In this document: piece by piece, positions 1-13,679 of the stretch
Layout of the letters: every line of letters starts with the position of its first letter
Numbering within the stretch: the first letter of the stretch is position 1
Origin: Auanema rhodensis
Lineage: Eukaryota; Animalia; Nematoda
DNA: 64,000 bases
Assembly (NCBI GenBank): GCA_964057225.1
Contig: OZ059895.1
Location: 8,184,001 to 8,248,000 of the forward strand
Reading direction: 5' to 3'
The notes under the pieces: model-generated
The model's database searches: none
What the model was told of the DNA's origin: nothing
What the model saw: the letters and a program-made list of their open reading frames with translations, nothing else
Position numbers and translations under genes: made by a program

Positions 1-14
1 ATATTAAAATTTAC

Positions 15-3000
15 TTAAACCCGCTTCCTGCTTTGTTTCTAAGTGTCTGTGTTAATCCTTTACATTTGATGCACGAAGTAGCAGATCTAGGCTCTGTACA
101 TCCATCACATTGTTCATGACAATCACCCACTGACGTCAAATCACCGAATGATACAACTTCTGATTCATCCGTCTAAAACGGAAAAAAAGAAATAAACTCT
201 ATTCTAACGTTTTATTTTCTTTTTATTACGGTGTTCGACCCTAGTTATGTAAACATTTGCCGTTTTATAGAACTTGTATTATAGAATATTCTTCAAATAT
301 TATGAACGTGCAACGTGCACTAAATATAATAGACCCAATCATTCATAGAATATAATTTGAAAACATCAAAGAAGCTGCTAGCTAAGCTTAGCAATACACC
401 ATACCAACATAACTCCGGAATAATCATGTACATGATTGATACAACCACCTACACATTGTCACATGCCAACACCACAACATAACAAAGAAAATTTATTTAA
501 ACTATAACTAATCGTCTCAGAATCGCGCGGAGCACAAGGGAAAATTGACACATTTTACATACAAGGACTTCACAACGACTACTACAATGTAGGAGTTAGA
601 GGTCTAATATCATCATAATGGGCACACTATGTTCTTCAAATAATTAACGAAACGGCGGGAGTCTTCAGAAATGGTACCGTCTATAACCTTGCTGACAACA
701 CCAGAAGTGATTAAAATTTCAGGTTGAGGTTTCAAGAATAGCCTTCGGGCCTTTTAAAGATAAATGAAGGTAATGGGCAAAATGATCTCAATAACTTTAA
801 AATGAATACTGATTTTCATAAAATCTTCGTTTCAAAAGCTGATATAAACGATATGAGGTTCTGAAGAAATCGTAAGCATGATACAATAAAACTACAAATA
901 AATGGAAAGTTGGCTAATAAACTTGGATATTCATGAGTTGCGAAAATGAGTAATCAACTTTTCAGAATTAAAAAACTGAGCAGGCAAAAGAACTATCTGT
1001 TATTCTTTAATTAAGATAAAAATCTAATAAAGCCAAATCCTTTAAAGGTCTATTTAGAATGAAATGCAAACGTTAATGAGAACCACCAAACATCCGTGAG
1101 AACATTGAATCGAAAAAACTCCTCAAATGTTCATGGCTCCGTTGTTGCGACTAAATCGGAATCCCATTATATTTCATATGAAATCATTGAATGATCTTAT
1201 TCAGGAGCAAGCAGGATGCACAATTCAGGGCAGGGGGCAAGTTGTCAGCAGGATGGATAAGTTAGATGTTGGGGAGATGGAACCAGACGAATCTGGTAGG
1301 TAGTGTACAAGGTTTGACAGTAAGGGAAGAAAACTCATGCAAATTTTTTCATTCGAAGACACAGCATGCCCGTAGGTATTTGTCAGAAAATAAGGCAAAC
1401 CAGGTAAATACAAACGATGATGGCTCATATCACATAAAAAACACGCAAATGTACCCATATAAAACGCTCTAACGCCGTAACATAATTTCTCTGAAGACTG
1501 AAGTATATCACAGATACAATGGGAAGACAGGCATTAATGGAAAAATAGAAATATTTAAGACTCTATACACTTATGCGGTTGAGTAAGTTCCAACCATAAA
1601 AAGATATGGATGAAAAATTATGTAGATCAATGAATAAAACTATGAGAAGGGAAAAAAGGAATGAAATGCATTCAGAATGGCTTCAGGTATAGTAAGAAGA
1701 GCTATAAATGTTTTTTTAATGTTAGGCAGGCACGATTGTAGAAGATCGTCGACACGACAGATAGGCAGCTACGGCTATCAGTATCAGAACGACCGCGTGT
1801 ACGACCATGAACACTACAGGCAAAGTGATCTGGAGAAAATACCAATATGGGAGGATAGAAAAACGTTTTGAGAATTGGGGAATTACAAACGTTTGAAAAT
1901 GCAAATTGAAGTGCAGTAACAGTGGCTATCAGGTGATTAAATATACGTTTACGGTCTGATTGGCAACTCAAACGAAGTAAAAGAATTTAGCGCTGATTTA
2001 AACGGGGTATCAGAGAAATAATAATTATGTTAACATACAACTTGGTGATGGAGGAACTTCATACACCAAAACATGCCACTTAAAAAACAAATAAGCGACG
2101 AACGGAAATATCTCAATTAGACTGACATTAGATGCATTCATGCAGTTGCGCATCTCAAATCGCGACAGACAAGGAGCATCAGAAAACGTAGCTGAGGAGA
2201 TATACCAAAACAATACGCCACCAGCATTACAAAGTACCACCACCAGAGATTTAAAGTATGCAAAATGACTAGCATATAACAGAGATGTCGTCAAGTCTAA
2301 GTTGACTAGAATCGACGAACACGACGATGACGACGAATTGTAGGTGTCCAAACCCATTGTCTTGCATTCTGGTTGAAGACCCACACACCAAAGTTGAATG
2401 TAGGGCGAGGCAGAGCTGTAGCAGGCTGACGTGCAGAAGGTATTTCCATCTGACGAACACGAGAGAAAGCCGTCGGACGTTTGATTTGCTTCTGCAACAG
2501 AACCGAACCCATGCCCATATATATGAATAACTGACAAAAAGTACATAGAGCCCAACCACGTGGAAGCAAGAACAGTACGGATGTAGGCGCGATATGAGAC
2601 AATGACTAGACACGATGACGTAAAAGCAAAAATAAAATATGGAATATTTGGCGTGAATTAAATAGTTAAATCCATCATTAGACATGGTTTTGCACATTAT
2701 TTATCATGCAAGATGCAACATATATACAAATACATGGACAGACAAGAACACAAAGACTTAATACATGAAGCATAAGCGAAAGTATATTTAGAAAGCACAA
2801 TATGAACAGCATGCTAACGTACGCAATGTGAAGATTAGTTAAGTCAGGACAGGCAACGGAGAAGCAATAAGTATGGAAAGCATTTGGTTTAAAGCAAGAC
2901 AGAAAACACTGCACACTATTGTATCGTTAGTTTAGAGAAACATTCTCAACATTCAAAGCGTAAGAAGCGAACTATAGGGAATTTACATTATAAATGATGC

Positions 3001-5782
3001 TTGTTGATCAGGAAAAACAATTAACTTTGCAAAAAAAAACTCTGATCGACATGAGCATTTGGATTAGATAGTACAGGAAGAAAAAAATCCCTCGTTTACA
3101 AACTAGCGGTCGAACACACTCAGGTATTATTATATCACTGTGTAAGCCGTACTATTTCAATCTCAGTATGTGAATCCATATAGAAAACACATAGGTGAGT
3201 TGATGTCTAGCCGGTATGAGTAAAATATGCACGAACCTGACTAGTTAGTTGCTGAACACGTCCTAAAACTGTTTGACTTGCAGGTGGATGAATAGGATCC
3301 TCCGGCTGAGCTGGTTCAGCAGTTCCGTAAAGAAGAAGTGTCCAATCATGGAATGTACCTAGATTATTTGTTTTTCGTGACATCATTAGTTTCGAGATTT
3401 CATACCAACTGCAGATGGATTATTTGTAACACTTTCAACCATTAAAATCCATGTTCCTCTTGGGTCTTCACCCCACTGTTGAACTGAAAGGAAAGGCCAT
3501 TTGTGGAACCCGTTGCTGTTGAAATCTTGAGGTCTAGGTGGCAAAAGAACTGATCGAGTGCCCGATGGAGAGAATAGAGTTAGTTTCAAATCACCACGCT
3601 TGGAGTAACGAACTGAAATATTAAATTAACTCAATCTAAATGATAATTAAATTGTCACCTGTAGCATGAACTTGAACGTGTTCTAAGTATAAAACAGGTG
3701 TTCCAGATTCACAACCATTAACCTTTAAAAAGTACATTAGAAAAATGAAAAACAGAAGTGCACTCAGTACCTCTAATGTGAAGTTCAATTGGAATCGGCC
3801 GATAATAGGACGAGGATTAGGAGCAGCAAGTTTATATTCATAAGTACATATATGTTGCTCTGGAACTGGCTTCCATACTTTCGCTAATTTGACAAGACCA
3901 GTGCCGTCCATTAAACCATAACCGAATTTATTACTGATCATACGACCAACACCATTTTTAGACCATCCAGGGTTTTTCAAAAGAGGTTTTGGGTTAGCAG
4001 TTCTCAAAACGATATGTTGCATATCCCTCCAGGTTAGTTCAGGCTTAGCTTCCAAAGCTAAAGCAATGATACCAGCAGCGAGAGGAGCTGAAGCACTAGT
4101 TCCCGTATGTTGCTTAGTACAACCAGAAGGTACATCAACAGTAACCTAAGAAAGTAATAATTAAATATTTACACATATATTGAAATCATACGATAGCAGG
4201 TTGATTGATGTTTGCTGAACTGTATGTGGTAGCTATAGATGATGGACATTCCTCAAGATACCAAGGACGGCGATTATCATAAGTTGCAGAACTAATAGAT
4301 AACGTATACACAGATGTGGTATATCCATCAGCGGAGCATGAATCTTGTCTAAAAAAAGAAAATTTATTGGCAATTTCAATATCATTCGATTACCTGGATC
4401 CACCGTTTCCACTAGCCCAAACAAAGATATTTCCTTTTCCACCACGACCATTCTTGATTCCTCTGTAAAATGCTTCACGAGCTAAGGGACCTGGACCATC
4501 AAAAGTTTTTCCATCGTCTTCAGGGCCCCAACTAGCTGAATAGATATCAATATGATCTTGGTTCAAAGACAGTGAAGCAGCTTCAACTGAATCGGACACA
4601 GCTCCGTCTAACATACGTACCTAGAAATTGTGAATGAATAATACGAAAAAGATACTTTAAAACAAATAGAAATAAATAACGTACTCCTCCAATTTTTGAT
4701 TTGAAAGCAACACCGACTCCACATTGTCCGTTATTGGCTAAAGCAGCTACTTCACCAGCACATCGGGTTCCATGTCTAATTATTAGATAATATATATTTC
4801 AAAAATGCTGTAACTTACTTGTTATCTCCATTGTTTTGAGGAGTTGGATCATCATCATGATCATTAATATCAGTACTTGCTAAAGGATCATAGTTTGCAG
4901 CGAGGTCAGGGTGATCACGCTGAATCCCGTCATCAAGAATTGAAATAGAGACATTTCTGCCGGCGTATCCCATCATCCAAGCTTCACGAACATTCATATC
5001 GAAACCATCAACTGCTTTACCCGTCTACAAAATTCTTAAGTGAAACCTCTCTTTTCATAAATTCTCACCAAATACCATTGATCCTTATACAAAGGATCAT
5101 TGAAAGGCAACTGTGGGATTTCACGAGGTGGTTCTGACTGACGTCTCTTTTTTGATGAACTCGTGGTACCATCCAATGTTTCTCTTTTTTCAACCATGTG
5201 ATTTAGAGCCTGAAAATATCATTGTTAAATCAGCCTCGAAAAATGTGCTCACTTCATCATCATTAAAAAGGTAATCTCTTTTAATGCGACGTTTAGGTCT
5301 TTGTTCCTGCGTCCACATCACAGCTGGATGTTCCTAAAAGAAGAAAAATATTAATGTTCGAACAAAAACAATTTAAAACCTCCAATCGTTGATGAACAGA
5401 TCGCTTTCGACGCCGAGAAAGAGTTTCATCTCTATGATATAGAAAATAGTGATTATCCAAAAATGGTTCGCCCTAAATCAGATAGTTGAAAAATAACGAA
5501 AACAAAAATTGAAGCTGTGTTCTGTATTTGGCATGCTGATCTGACTTACTCGAACATGCATTCCATGGTCATCAGCGATTTTTCGCGCTAATTCATCATC
5601 TCTTTTTTCTAACCGTATAATGGTATGTGTCGGTTCAGGGCATGATTCATCGTCTTCTCGGCACAACTGTAAGTCGTGAATAAACAAAAAAGTTAAATAA
5701 AATGAAATCTTACGGAATCATGCTCAACTGCATATGTACAGCTAAGAGATAACAAGAAAACAACCAGTGTACCCGTCTTCAT
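15..5782 (-). CDS. bli-4: Subtilisin/kexin-like proprotein convertase (blisterase), multi-exon, 3' end continues beyond the left edge
   Basis: ATG at 5782 gives signal peptide [23 protein letters not shown]; prodomain ends RIKR-DY; catalytic motifs [20 protein letters not shown] and HTGTSASAP; P domain ([15 protein letters not shown]); last common exon 3358-3237 ends ...QQLTSQ; Cys-rich exon 172-15 (CHEQCDGC...[13 protein letters not shown]) resembles C. elegans BLI-4 as I recall it. The introns checked are GT-AG. Confidence 0.97.
613..750 (-). CDS. bli-4: bli-4 alternative terminal exon ([45 protein letters not shown])
   Basis: Acceptor TTTAAAAG at 751 after a pyrimidine tract, phase 0; 45 open codons in AT-rich intron sequence, ending TGATGA. 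Confidence 0.65.
   Translation of the reverse strand, partial: ARRLFLKPQPEILITSGVVSKVIDGTISEDSRRFVNYLKNIVCPL
1245..1292 (-). CDS. bli-4: Candidate short bli-4 alternative terminal exon ([15 protein letters not shown])
   Basis: Acceptor CTACCAG at 1293, phase 0, 15 codons; two GCATG elements 45-75 nt upstream. Short enough to be chance. Confidence 0.45.
   Translation of the reverse strand: MRLVPSPQHLTYPSC
1722..1829 (-). CDS. bli-4: bli-4 alternative terminal exon encoding a TM helix and short tail ([35 protein letters not shown])
   Basis: Acceptor TTTCTCCAG at 1830, phase 0; about 23 hydrophobic residues followed by an RR stop-transfer signal. Confidence 0.78.
   Translation of the reverse strand: MTLPVVFMVVHAVVLILIAVAAYLSCRRSSTIVPA
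2306..2491 (-). CDS. bli-4: bli-4 alternative terminal exon with a basic/Trp-rich tail (KQIKRPTAF...[16 protein letters not shown])
   Basis: Acceptor TTGCAG at 2492, phase 0 matching the common donor at 3236; 61 codons then TAG; non-random protein-like composition. Confidence 0.8.
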   Translation of the reverse strand, partial: KQIKRPTAFSRVRQMEIPSARQPATALPRPTFNFGVWVFNQNARQWVWTPTIRRHRRVRRF

Positions 5783-8700
5783 GATGACTAGTAATAAGTG
5801 AATATTCTTAGAATGAAATTCGTGAAGGGACGATCAAAAAATTGCTTAGAACATCTTGTTTCACGAAATCAACCTGAGAAATCTGAAATAACAAACTATA
5901 GTTGAAACGAAATGATGAAGATCAAATGAAAAAACCAAGAAGATATCGATGTAAAGAATCAAAGAAAAATGTTATATCAGAATATCGAATAATAAGATGT
6001 GAAAAAGCCGCAGTAGCCAACAAACGCTTGATAAATCATAATACAAACGAGTTTTGAGAAACATACGCGACATGATATTCACAGTTAGATATTAGCTCTG
6101 TTAAATGAACAAAATGTTCCCCTCAGACAATAAGTACGTCCGGCCAAAGGCCAATGTGAATGACGTCACTTCGCTACCTAAAGTACACGAAGCATGTTTT
6201 ACTGCTGCAAATGACTTATTGTGAAGTAGAATGAATTTTAAATCATCGAGAAAATAGAACATAGAAAAAGCAAAAAGAAACAGTGAAATTGCTTTACAAT
6301 CAAGGGTAAGACTGCTATCCCAGCTTAAGCAAGGAATGTGGGGAAGAGAGAAGAAGAAAAACCTCACGAGGTAACCAGCTTCGGCGAAGTGCCATTCACC
6401 ACTGTGACAAAATATAGGCGGGGAAAAATCAGTTCAATGGAACGAGATTTCCTGTCTGTAAGGTGACATGTTACAACAACTCAAGATTCAAGGTTATCTT
6501 TCACGGTTTGCGTTACAAGCAAAATTAGTCCGCAGTAACATCAAGGGTATGGATAAATACTCTAAAGCGTTCTGGCAAGGTTATTACGAACGATAAGCTA
6601 GAAGAACACACAGCTGGGAAGTCACGCTAATTGTTTTGCAATTAAACAAAAATTGCGTAGACCGGAAATAAGTCAACGATAAATTGGATCAAAGTAAATA
6701 AATGGGTCCTTTCTTCAAATGTTCACAGGTGTTTAAGCTCTGTGGAATCATTTATTTGTGCAAACTCTAAAGGATCATGCCATATTTTAGAATAGTAGAT
6801 GAAGAGAAGCATAGGGATGAGAGAGAGAGAAATAAATTGGTATTGCACCGAACAAGTTTGTCTGACTTCATGCTTTATGACGACAAATCAAGCCGATTAT
6901 CGCTAGCTACTATTCAGACATGGACTCCAGCCATATATGCCAAAAGAAAGGAATATTACAGAAATAAAGTCATACACGTGAAAACCAGTTGAATATAGGC
7001 AAGGTGGACAGATAGTAACTAGATTGAGACTTGTTGTCCACAAATAAATAAAGCCCTCTTAAAAGACAATAAACCACACATATACAAATGGAATGTGTGA
7101 AAAGCTGTAATATCTCCAGTCAATGAAAGTGAATATAAAACACAGACGGAAATACTCATGCCTTAGAGCATTCCGCAAAGAAACAAGTGTCACTTTTATG
7201 TTTTATGCGAAAACAATATTAATCCCATTGAAAATCCTGTTTTATGCATAGTTTAAATAAAGCAACAGTTGAGCATAATATTCATCAAAATCGTGGAATG
7301 CGTAAGCAAAAATACGATATAAAAGCAATGATAAGCAATGGGCGTATTAATCAAATTAAAGATATGCTGAGCTAAATCTAGATGTGAAGGAATGATAATG
7401 AAATAGATAACGAAATCTTTCATGATAGACCTTCAGCATAGATCAGGAATATAATTATTAGTAACTTTCATTTGAACAGCTTGTTCGTTTCCAGAAAAAA
7501 AACGTGGCCTTCGCCATCGTTATACCATACATTAGAGTGCAGAAACCTTGAAGACGAGCTTTGAAAAACTGTGGTTCCTAGATTTCTTTGATCTGACAGT
7601 CATCTCTGTGTTAAACATAGACACACTCCCATAAACAGATCTCTCGCTGACCCGGAAGGTTGCCAGTGATGCAAACAGGTTTTAGATTTATCTACTTCGG
7701 ATTCATGCTGGCATTTGAAAACGAAATTTTTATAAAAACTGATGAAGATAAATGTTGGCTATTGAATGAAAAAAGCAACTATTTCGAGAAAGATTTCAAG
7801 CAGATTTGAACAAACTAAAATTGCATACGCCTCCGCTCTCAGTTAAATAACACAAATAGACAATTATTTCAAATGAAATGTTTATCCATTGTTGAAAAAT
7901 CAAGTCAATATATCATATACAACTTAATTACCTATAATAGTATATTTAAAGGGTATTAAACATTTATAAATAAATAAATAATAATACTTATTATTATTAT
8001 TGTGAAGATAAGAGAATTGTGCTAGACAGTCAAAGCAGACAATTCAAATAAGGTAAAACCACCAACCCGATTTTCGATAATTTGATATAAATAAATATAA
8101 TGAATTGGAACGATCAAAAATAGAGCAATCCTTTTCAACTGTAGTTTGCGGTTTTATAGCTGTCAGAAGCCGATAGGGCTTAATCGAAAATACATGAAAG
8201 TGTCAACGAAGCGCAAACAACATCAGTACAGTTTGACATAAAGAATAAATAAAACCATCGGGCATCTAGCTAGAGATATAAGCCCGGGCAGATTTGAAGT
8301 ACGACAAGTCGACATTTCTATCGAGCATATAAAAGAAAGAAGCGTAATTGAGCAAGTGGGCTGACACTATTTTAGCTCATGACAAACGAAGGCTTGTGAC
8401 AGATAGAAAAAGCAGAAATATTAAGGGGTTTGCTTTCACTCCGAAACATTCTCTTTAGATTAACGCCACATTCGTATGTAACATCATACAAGATAATAAC
8501 ACGAAGTGAATCACACGACGGAGGTAGACAACGGACCGCAAGTGCTCATACAAAAATATTAAATGAGAGAAAAGTCGAGGGCTAGAGGACAACGATTAAG
8601 ATAATGTAAGAAGTGTGACTGAACTGGTTCATTATAGCAAGTTACCCAGCTTTGGGAAGGAAACGCGAGGAGACATGCAGTTACAGGATACAGACAAAAG

Positions 8701-9346
8701 TATTAAAAATATGTACACGGATAGGACAACAAATCTAAAAAGTAGACTTATGGTTTTATATCTTACCAAAAAATATATTGTTAGCATCGACATCTTTTAT
8801 GGAAAATATCAACAAATATGGGTGTCATTTGTAAAAAACAGACAATGATGAATACAATCAACTTCCATATAATGGAAAATACAGGAGTTAAACAAATATA
8901 AATCGCGCAGCGATATTTATCAAATTATTTTTATCTCTCTTACTTTCTACTATGCCATAACGAAGAGGATTGAGAGAAAGGCTTATCTACATCATTCAGC
9001 TTTCACTCCGATCATTTAAAGCCTTTCGTAATCGTTTTTCATCTATTTCAAGAGATATTGATGAAAACAAAGAACGTGAAGAATGTCAAGTCAATTCGAA
9101 CAGCAATAGTGTAAGGAGACAGCTTAAAAAAAGATGCTAGTAGTCAAGAAACAGGATGAGTTGACCTCCAAATGAGATGGGCTTGTTCATCAGCGGGGTC
9201 ATATTATGAAAGTGATCAACAGCGCCCAAAAAAAAAAAATAAATCAGCTTTTCGTAAAACAAAATGAGAACTTAGTCTTAACATAGAACAGAAAACTACT
9301 TTCATGAACATGTTTCCCGAACATGATTGACATATTCATTATATTC

Positions 9347-9350
<4 letters not shown>

Positions 9351-9377
<27 letters not shown>
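9351..9377. repeat. (TA)n microsatellite
   Basis: Directly visible TA run; similar runs at about 9838-9885 and (TATAGA)n at about 11092-11127. Confidence 0.9.
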
Positions 9378-9378
<1 letters not shown>

Positions 9379-9837
9379 GGATTTTAGTTGTACTTCACAA
9401 TAATGCAACCATAAATTAGCCAAATTTTCCCAGCCCTAGGTGACGTGGAGAGCATATTAAACGATAAGTGGCGGGAATAGGTGTACTTATAAAATATATT
9501 TTTTGAACAGGATGACTGAGTGAGAAAAAACATCAGGTCTTTAGGAACTCAGTGGGTGATCATATTAATAAGGTAAAAATTAAGTAAAAACTCTTATAAG
9601 AGTAGTCTGTAATGAAGAAACAGGAATACTTGATTAAGTTTCATCGTACGAAACATGTACGAGAAGCGATTGCGGAAAAAATCGAAAAATCATGAGAGTT
9701 GAAAAGAAAAGGATGATCATGGAGAAAAAAAAGCCATGAGAGTAGTTCACAATTCATCGACATAGAGAACAGCAAATATTACAGTCGTCGTTACAAGACA
9801 AGTGTTCTAGCATTTTGTACAAGCAGATATTGTAGTA

Positions 9838-9886
<49 letters not shown>

Positions 9887-12620
9887 ATGCAAACCTACAT
9901 GAGGACAACGAGGCAATCTGAAATCGATCGAACAATGTATTGGTGTCCCTGTATAACGCAGTCTCTCTGTACGCCCCTTTTCTGACGGCTAGGATGAGGG
10001 CGGGAGGGTGACTATGAAATGGGGACACGAAGGTGGAAATATGGACTGAATCGAAAATCTATGGAATCGCAGACAACGATAGAGACTAGAATGAGAAAGA
10101 AAACATTCTACTCAGGTCAATTGTTTCCAACGAAATAAAAAAAGAAATGAGTTTTTCTGAGTATGACTCAATCAGTATTTTCAATTCTAATCTTTTACTT
10201 TTCATCAGGTCAAAGATCTCTACGAAAATCAGATAATCAACCATACCTGCTCTAATAACCTGTACTCTCAAGGAGAGAATGTTATTAAGAGGCCACATAT
10301 GAACCATCTAGTGCCCATATTATCCACCAAACAGGAATAGAAAGTGACGAAGCAAACAAAATCAGAACATTGCTAAGGCATGCCATAAAAACGTGAAAGC
10401 TATAGAAAGAAATCAAAGCGAAGATGACTATGGATATTTGCACTTTTACATAAAGTCAGGGACGAATATATCTCATAACACATTAGATGAATTGGAGTTA
10501 AGAAATAGAAAAGGGGAGTGGAGTAGTATGTTTAAATTCATTTAAACATAATAGTTTGATGCAGCTGTACACGATCTCGCAATTGTATTCATAAGGACCT
10601 TAGCGCAATCAAAACCATATGAATTGACTCCAATTCAAGCAATAAAGTTATTTCATTGTCAATTGTATGCGGAAACTCCATTAGCATTCTATAAACAGTG
10701 AGATTTAAACGACATATTATGGTAAATGGAAAATATAAAATATTTGGATATGTTTAAAAAGCTTATCTTCATTATAATATTTATAACGCAGCAAAGCAAT
10801 GTATAAAACTCAAAGAGAAATGAGAAAAGAAAGAGAGAAAAAAGATATGAAAATGTTGGGAACGGAAGTTAGTGACATAACGGACAACGACTCTTGACTC
10901 AAGAGTAGCGCACGTTTCGGGCATTCATTGCTCGCCATGTTGAACAATCGAAGTGCTAATGGAGCAACGATAAAATATCCTCCTAAAGCAAAAAGGAAGA
11001 GGAATTGAATTTTAACGGTTTAACTTGTTTACAACAATATGTTCTTAAATAATTAAGCACTCGAAGTAGCTGTAATAAGAAACCATATATGTATATATAG
11101 ATATAGATATAGATATATAGATATATAAGTTTATCATGAACTAACAATAAAAAGCGTAGTACATTTACGAACAACGCTCAGGGATATCTTTACCCAAAAT
11201 AGAGCGTATCGTTTCTCTTGAGATGTAAAGATTTAGGACGCAAAAATCAGGTTTGGAAAAGACAGTAGCCTATATCTGGAAAAGAACCTTAAACTTCGTG
11301 CTTACTGATATATTAAGAAAAATTGTTTAGGTTATAACGATAATATTGGAAATAATAGTCACAATTTCGTAGAAAAAAACAAGGTTATAATCGCGTGCTG
11401 CATTTGCTATTGCAGACGTCATTGTAACGAATTATTAATGTAAAGCTGGTGCTAAGATCATTTATAGGGCTTGAAAAGTCGTTAGACGAAGAGTCAAAAA
11501 TACGAAAAAAAGGTGAAAATTTGAACAATACATTTAGGCCAAAGACGTAGTCTCGGTAAGCTAGTAAATGGTGGGCAAATATAAGTTGTCGACGGCAAAT
11601 AAAAAAAGCTTTCCCTTTTCTATTTCTCAATCACTCACACTCACATCAATCGCGATTAATGGTCAATAATAGGTCAACACCACAAATGGATACAAATACA
11701 AGTATACCGCAATACCTGGACAGTTGATGGTAATCTTTTAAGGCGAAAGTACTTGACTATTTCACAAATTCTCTTGTGAATCATATTGAACTTGAGTTGA
11801 ACCTAGAATAGAATGAATACAAGATATATATTACTAATAAATTTAAAAAACACTAGGCTTTATGAAATGCAACCACACACAATACATAAATGTATACAGC
11901 AATGACAAATATTAACGTTGACGTAAGATATTGACGCATGTATGTTGCTTTAAAATTATGCTAATGAGCTCTCGCCCAATTAAAAACCGAAATGTTATGG
12001 AAATGCGTGAAATTAAATAGAAAAAAACCTATTTATAGTTTCAAGTAATAAACCTTCATAATGTTTTTCAGAGAACTAGTTTTGATCACAAAATTGATAC
12101 ATATATAAGTATAAAAATATGATGTAATACTCATAGCATCTGTTTACAAAACAATATTCCAGTGAATCCTTCTCCTTTTGTGAAATATAAGAGATATGAA
12201 CTAATGGTTCCAAACTTCAGTTTTTTTTTCAAAATATGCTATGGCGAAATAGTGAAAACATTTGTTATTCAAGAATTTCAGAAAACTATTTTCTAGATAT
12301 GATACCAATGAACCAGCTATAAACAAAGTAATTCGATTTCAAAATTAAAAAAAGGTTTTGATAAAGAATAATAGGTATAATACGAATAAGGTATAGCGTA
12401 TTCGATATTTCAAAATATAACAATATAAAGATCACTATTATACGTGAAATAACAAAAAATCGTGAGGAGTATGCGAAGTGTGAATTTTCTCAAGAGTCCT
12501 ATCTAAAGCAAAAAGGTTAGCAAACTGTGAAAGAATGAAGTTAGAAACCGAATAAATACTTCATGAGAAAATTAGTTACTCACGTGAATATCTTATAGTA
12601 CAAGAATAAATAATGTTTTA

Positions 12621-13541
12621 ATGTTTATTGATATAAATAGTGACTGCTTATCAAGGTATAGTCACTCGAAGAACAAATATCACCAGATTGCTGTCTATCT
12701 GTGCGTGTTGATTTGTCTCATTGATTTTGGTTGTATTTCAATATTTCTAACATGCCTAGGTTTGTTTTATTTCGTTTTGATTATTAATCTGTCAGTTTGT
12801 GAAAACAACTTTTCCAATATATTGTTTACTAGGAAAATGCTGAAATTTAAAAAATAGCCTACTTCCGTAGTTAAACAATATTAATTTAGAGAAAGGAACA
12901 TAATTGTTCCCGGAGATAAGCCACATTTCTATAAATGGAATTTCGCGACTCCTCAAGCTGGGCTTAGAATATTCCAAGGGGTACGTAATGATAGTTATAG
13001 CATCATTAAAACATTCTTAGATTGGAGCCATAGTTGCTCTATGCCTGATCGGATCAGTTGGTTCCCAATTTTCTCCTACGTATGCTTCACTCATGGTCTG
13101 CACAATAGGTACAGCATTATTTGTACATTTCATTTCATTAAATGCAATTTAAAGTTTCTATAATATCACCTATGCTTGTTATCATCTTTGCATTCAATTT
13201 ACATAACTCCACTTCACAAATAGACTGGATGTTATGGGTATGGTTAAACCGAAGTATTTTTCTAAACAAACTGTTATAGGAAGTGCTCTACACTGGATCC
13301 GGAGCTTTTCTTTTTTTTGTAAGTTCTATAACTATGTCATATAGTAGTTTTCGATGGCAATATACAGCATGGTACTTTGGAGCTGTAAGTTAAATGTCAC
13401 AAAATGCCTTCGATAAGTAATACTTTACAGATAAATTGCATTTTGGTCTGTATTTCTTTTACAATTGATACTATTTTATCAATTCGCGTATTACTCACAA
13501 ACCCCAATGCGAAGCATAGCCAAGCCAGGTTAAGTACCTGA
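12621..13541 (+). CDS. MARVEL-domain four-TM protein
   Basis: Spliced exons 12890-12980, 13021-13108, 13155-13237, 13280-13384 and 13431-13541 read WNFATPQAGLRIFQGIGAIVALCLI...IDWMLWEVLYTGSGAFLFF...YFGAINCILVCISFTIDT, the MARVEL pattern with four hydrophobic helices. The first exon (12621-12655, MFIDINSDCLSR, phase-compatible) is tentative. Confidence 0.75.
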
Positions 13542-13679
13542 AGTTATTAATAAATAAAAATGATTCATATCGATACATCCAAATTAATAATGACTTTATA
13601 ATAAAACATTCATATCATGTTATATCGAATGAAATATGAGACCGATGTGAGATATTAAGTTAAACAGTGCTATTGCACA

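Noticed and set aside
2138-2191. Further phase-0 candidate bli-4 exon [17 protein letters not shown] after CCTCAG
   Set aside because: Short and likely within the 3' UTR of the 2491-2306 exon; cannot be distinguished from chance.
2025-2697. Long minus-strand ORFs 2025-2555 (176 aa) and 2269-2697 (142 aa)
   Set aside because: Alternative frames over the 2491-2306 exon; out of phase with the bli-4 donor at the strong acceptor, and no recognisable domain.
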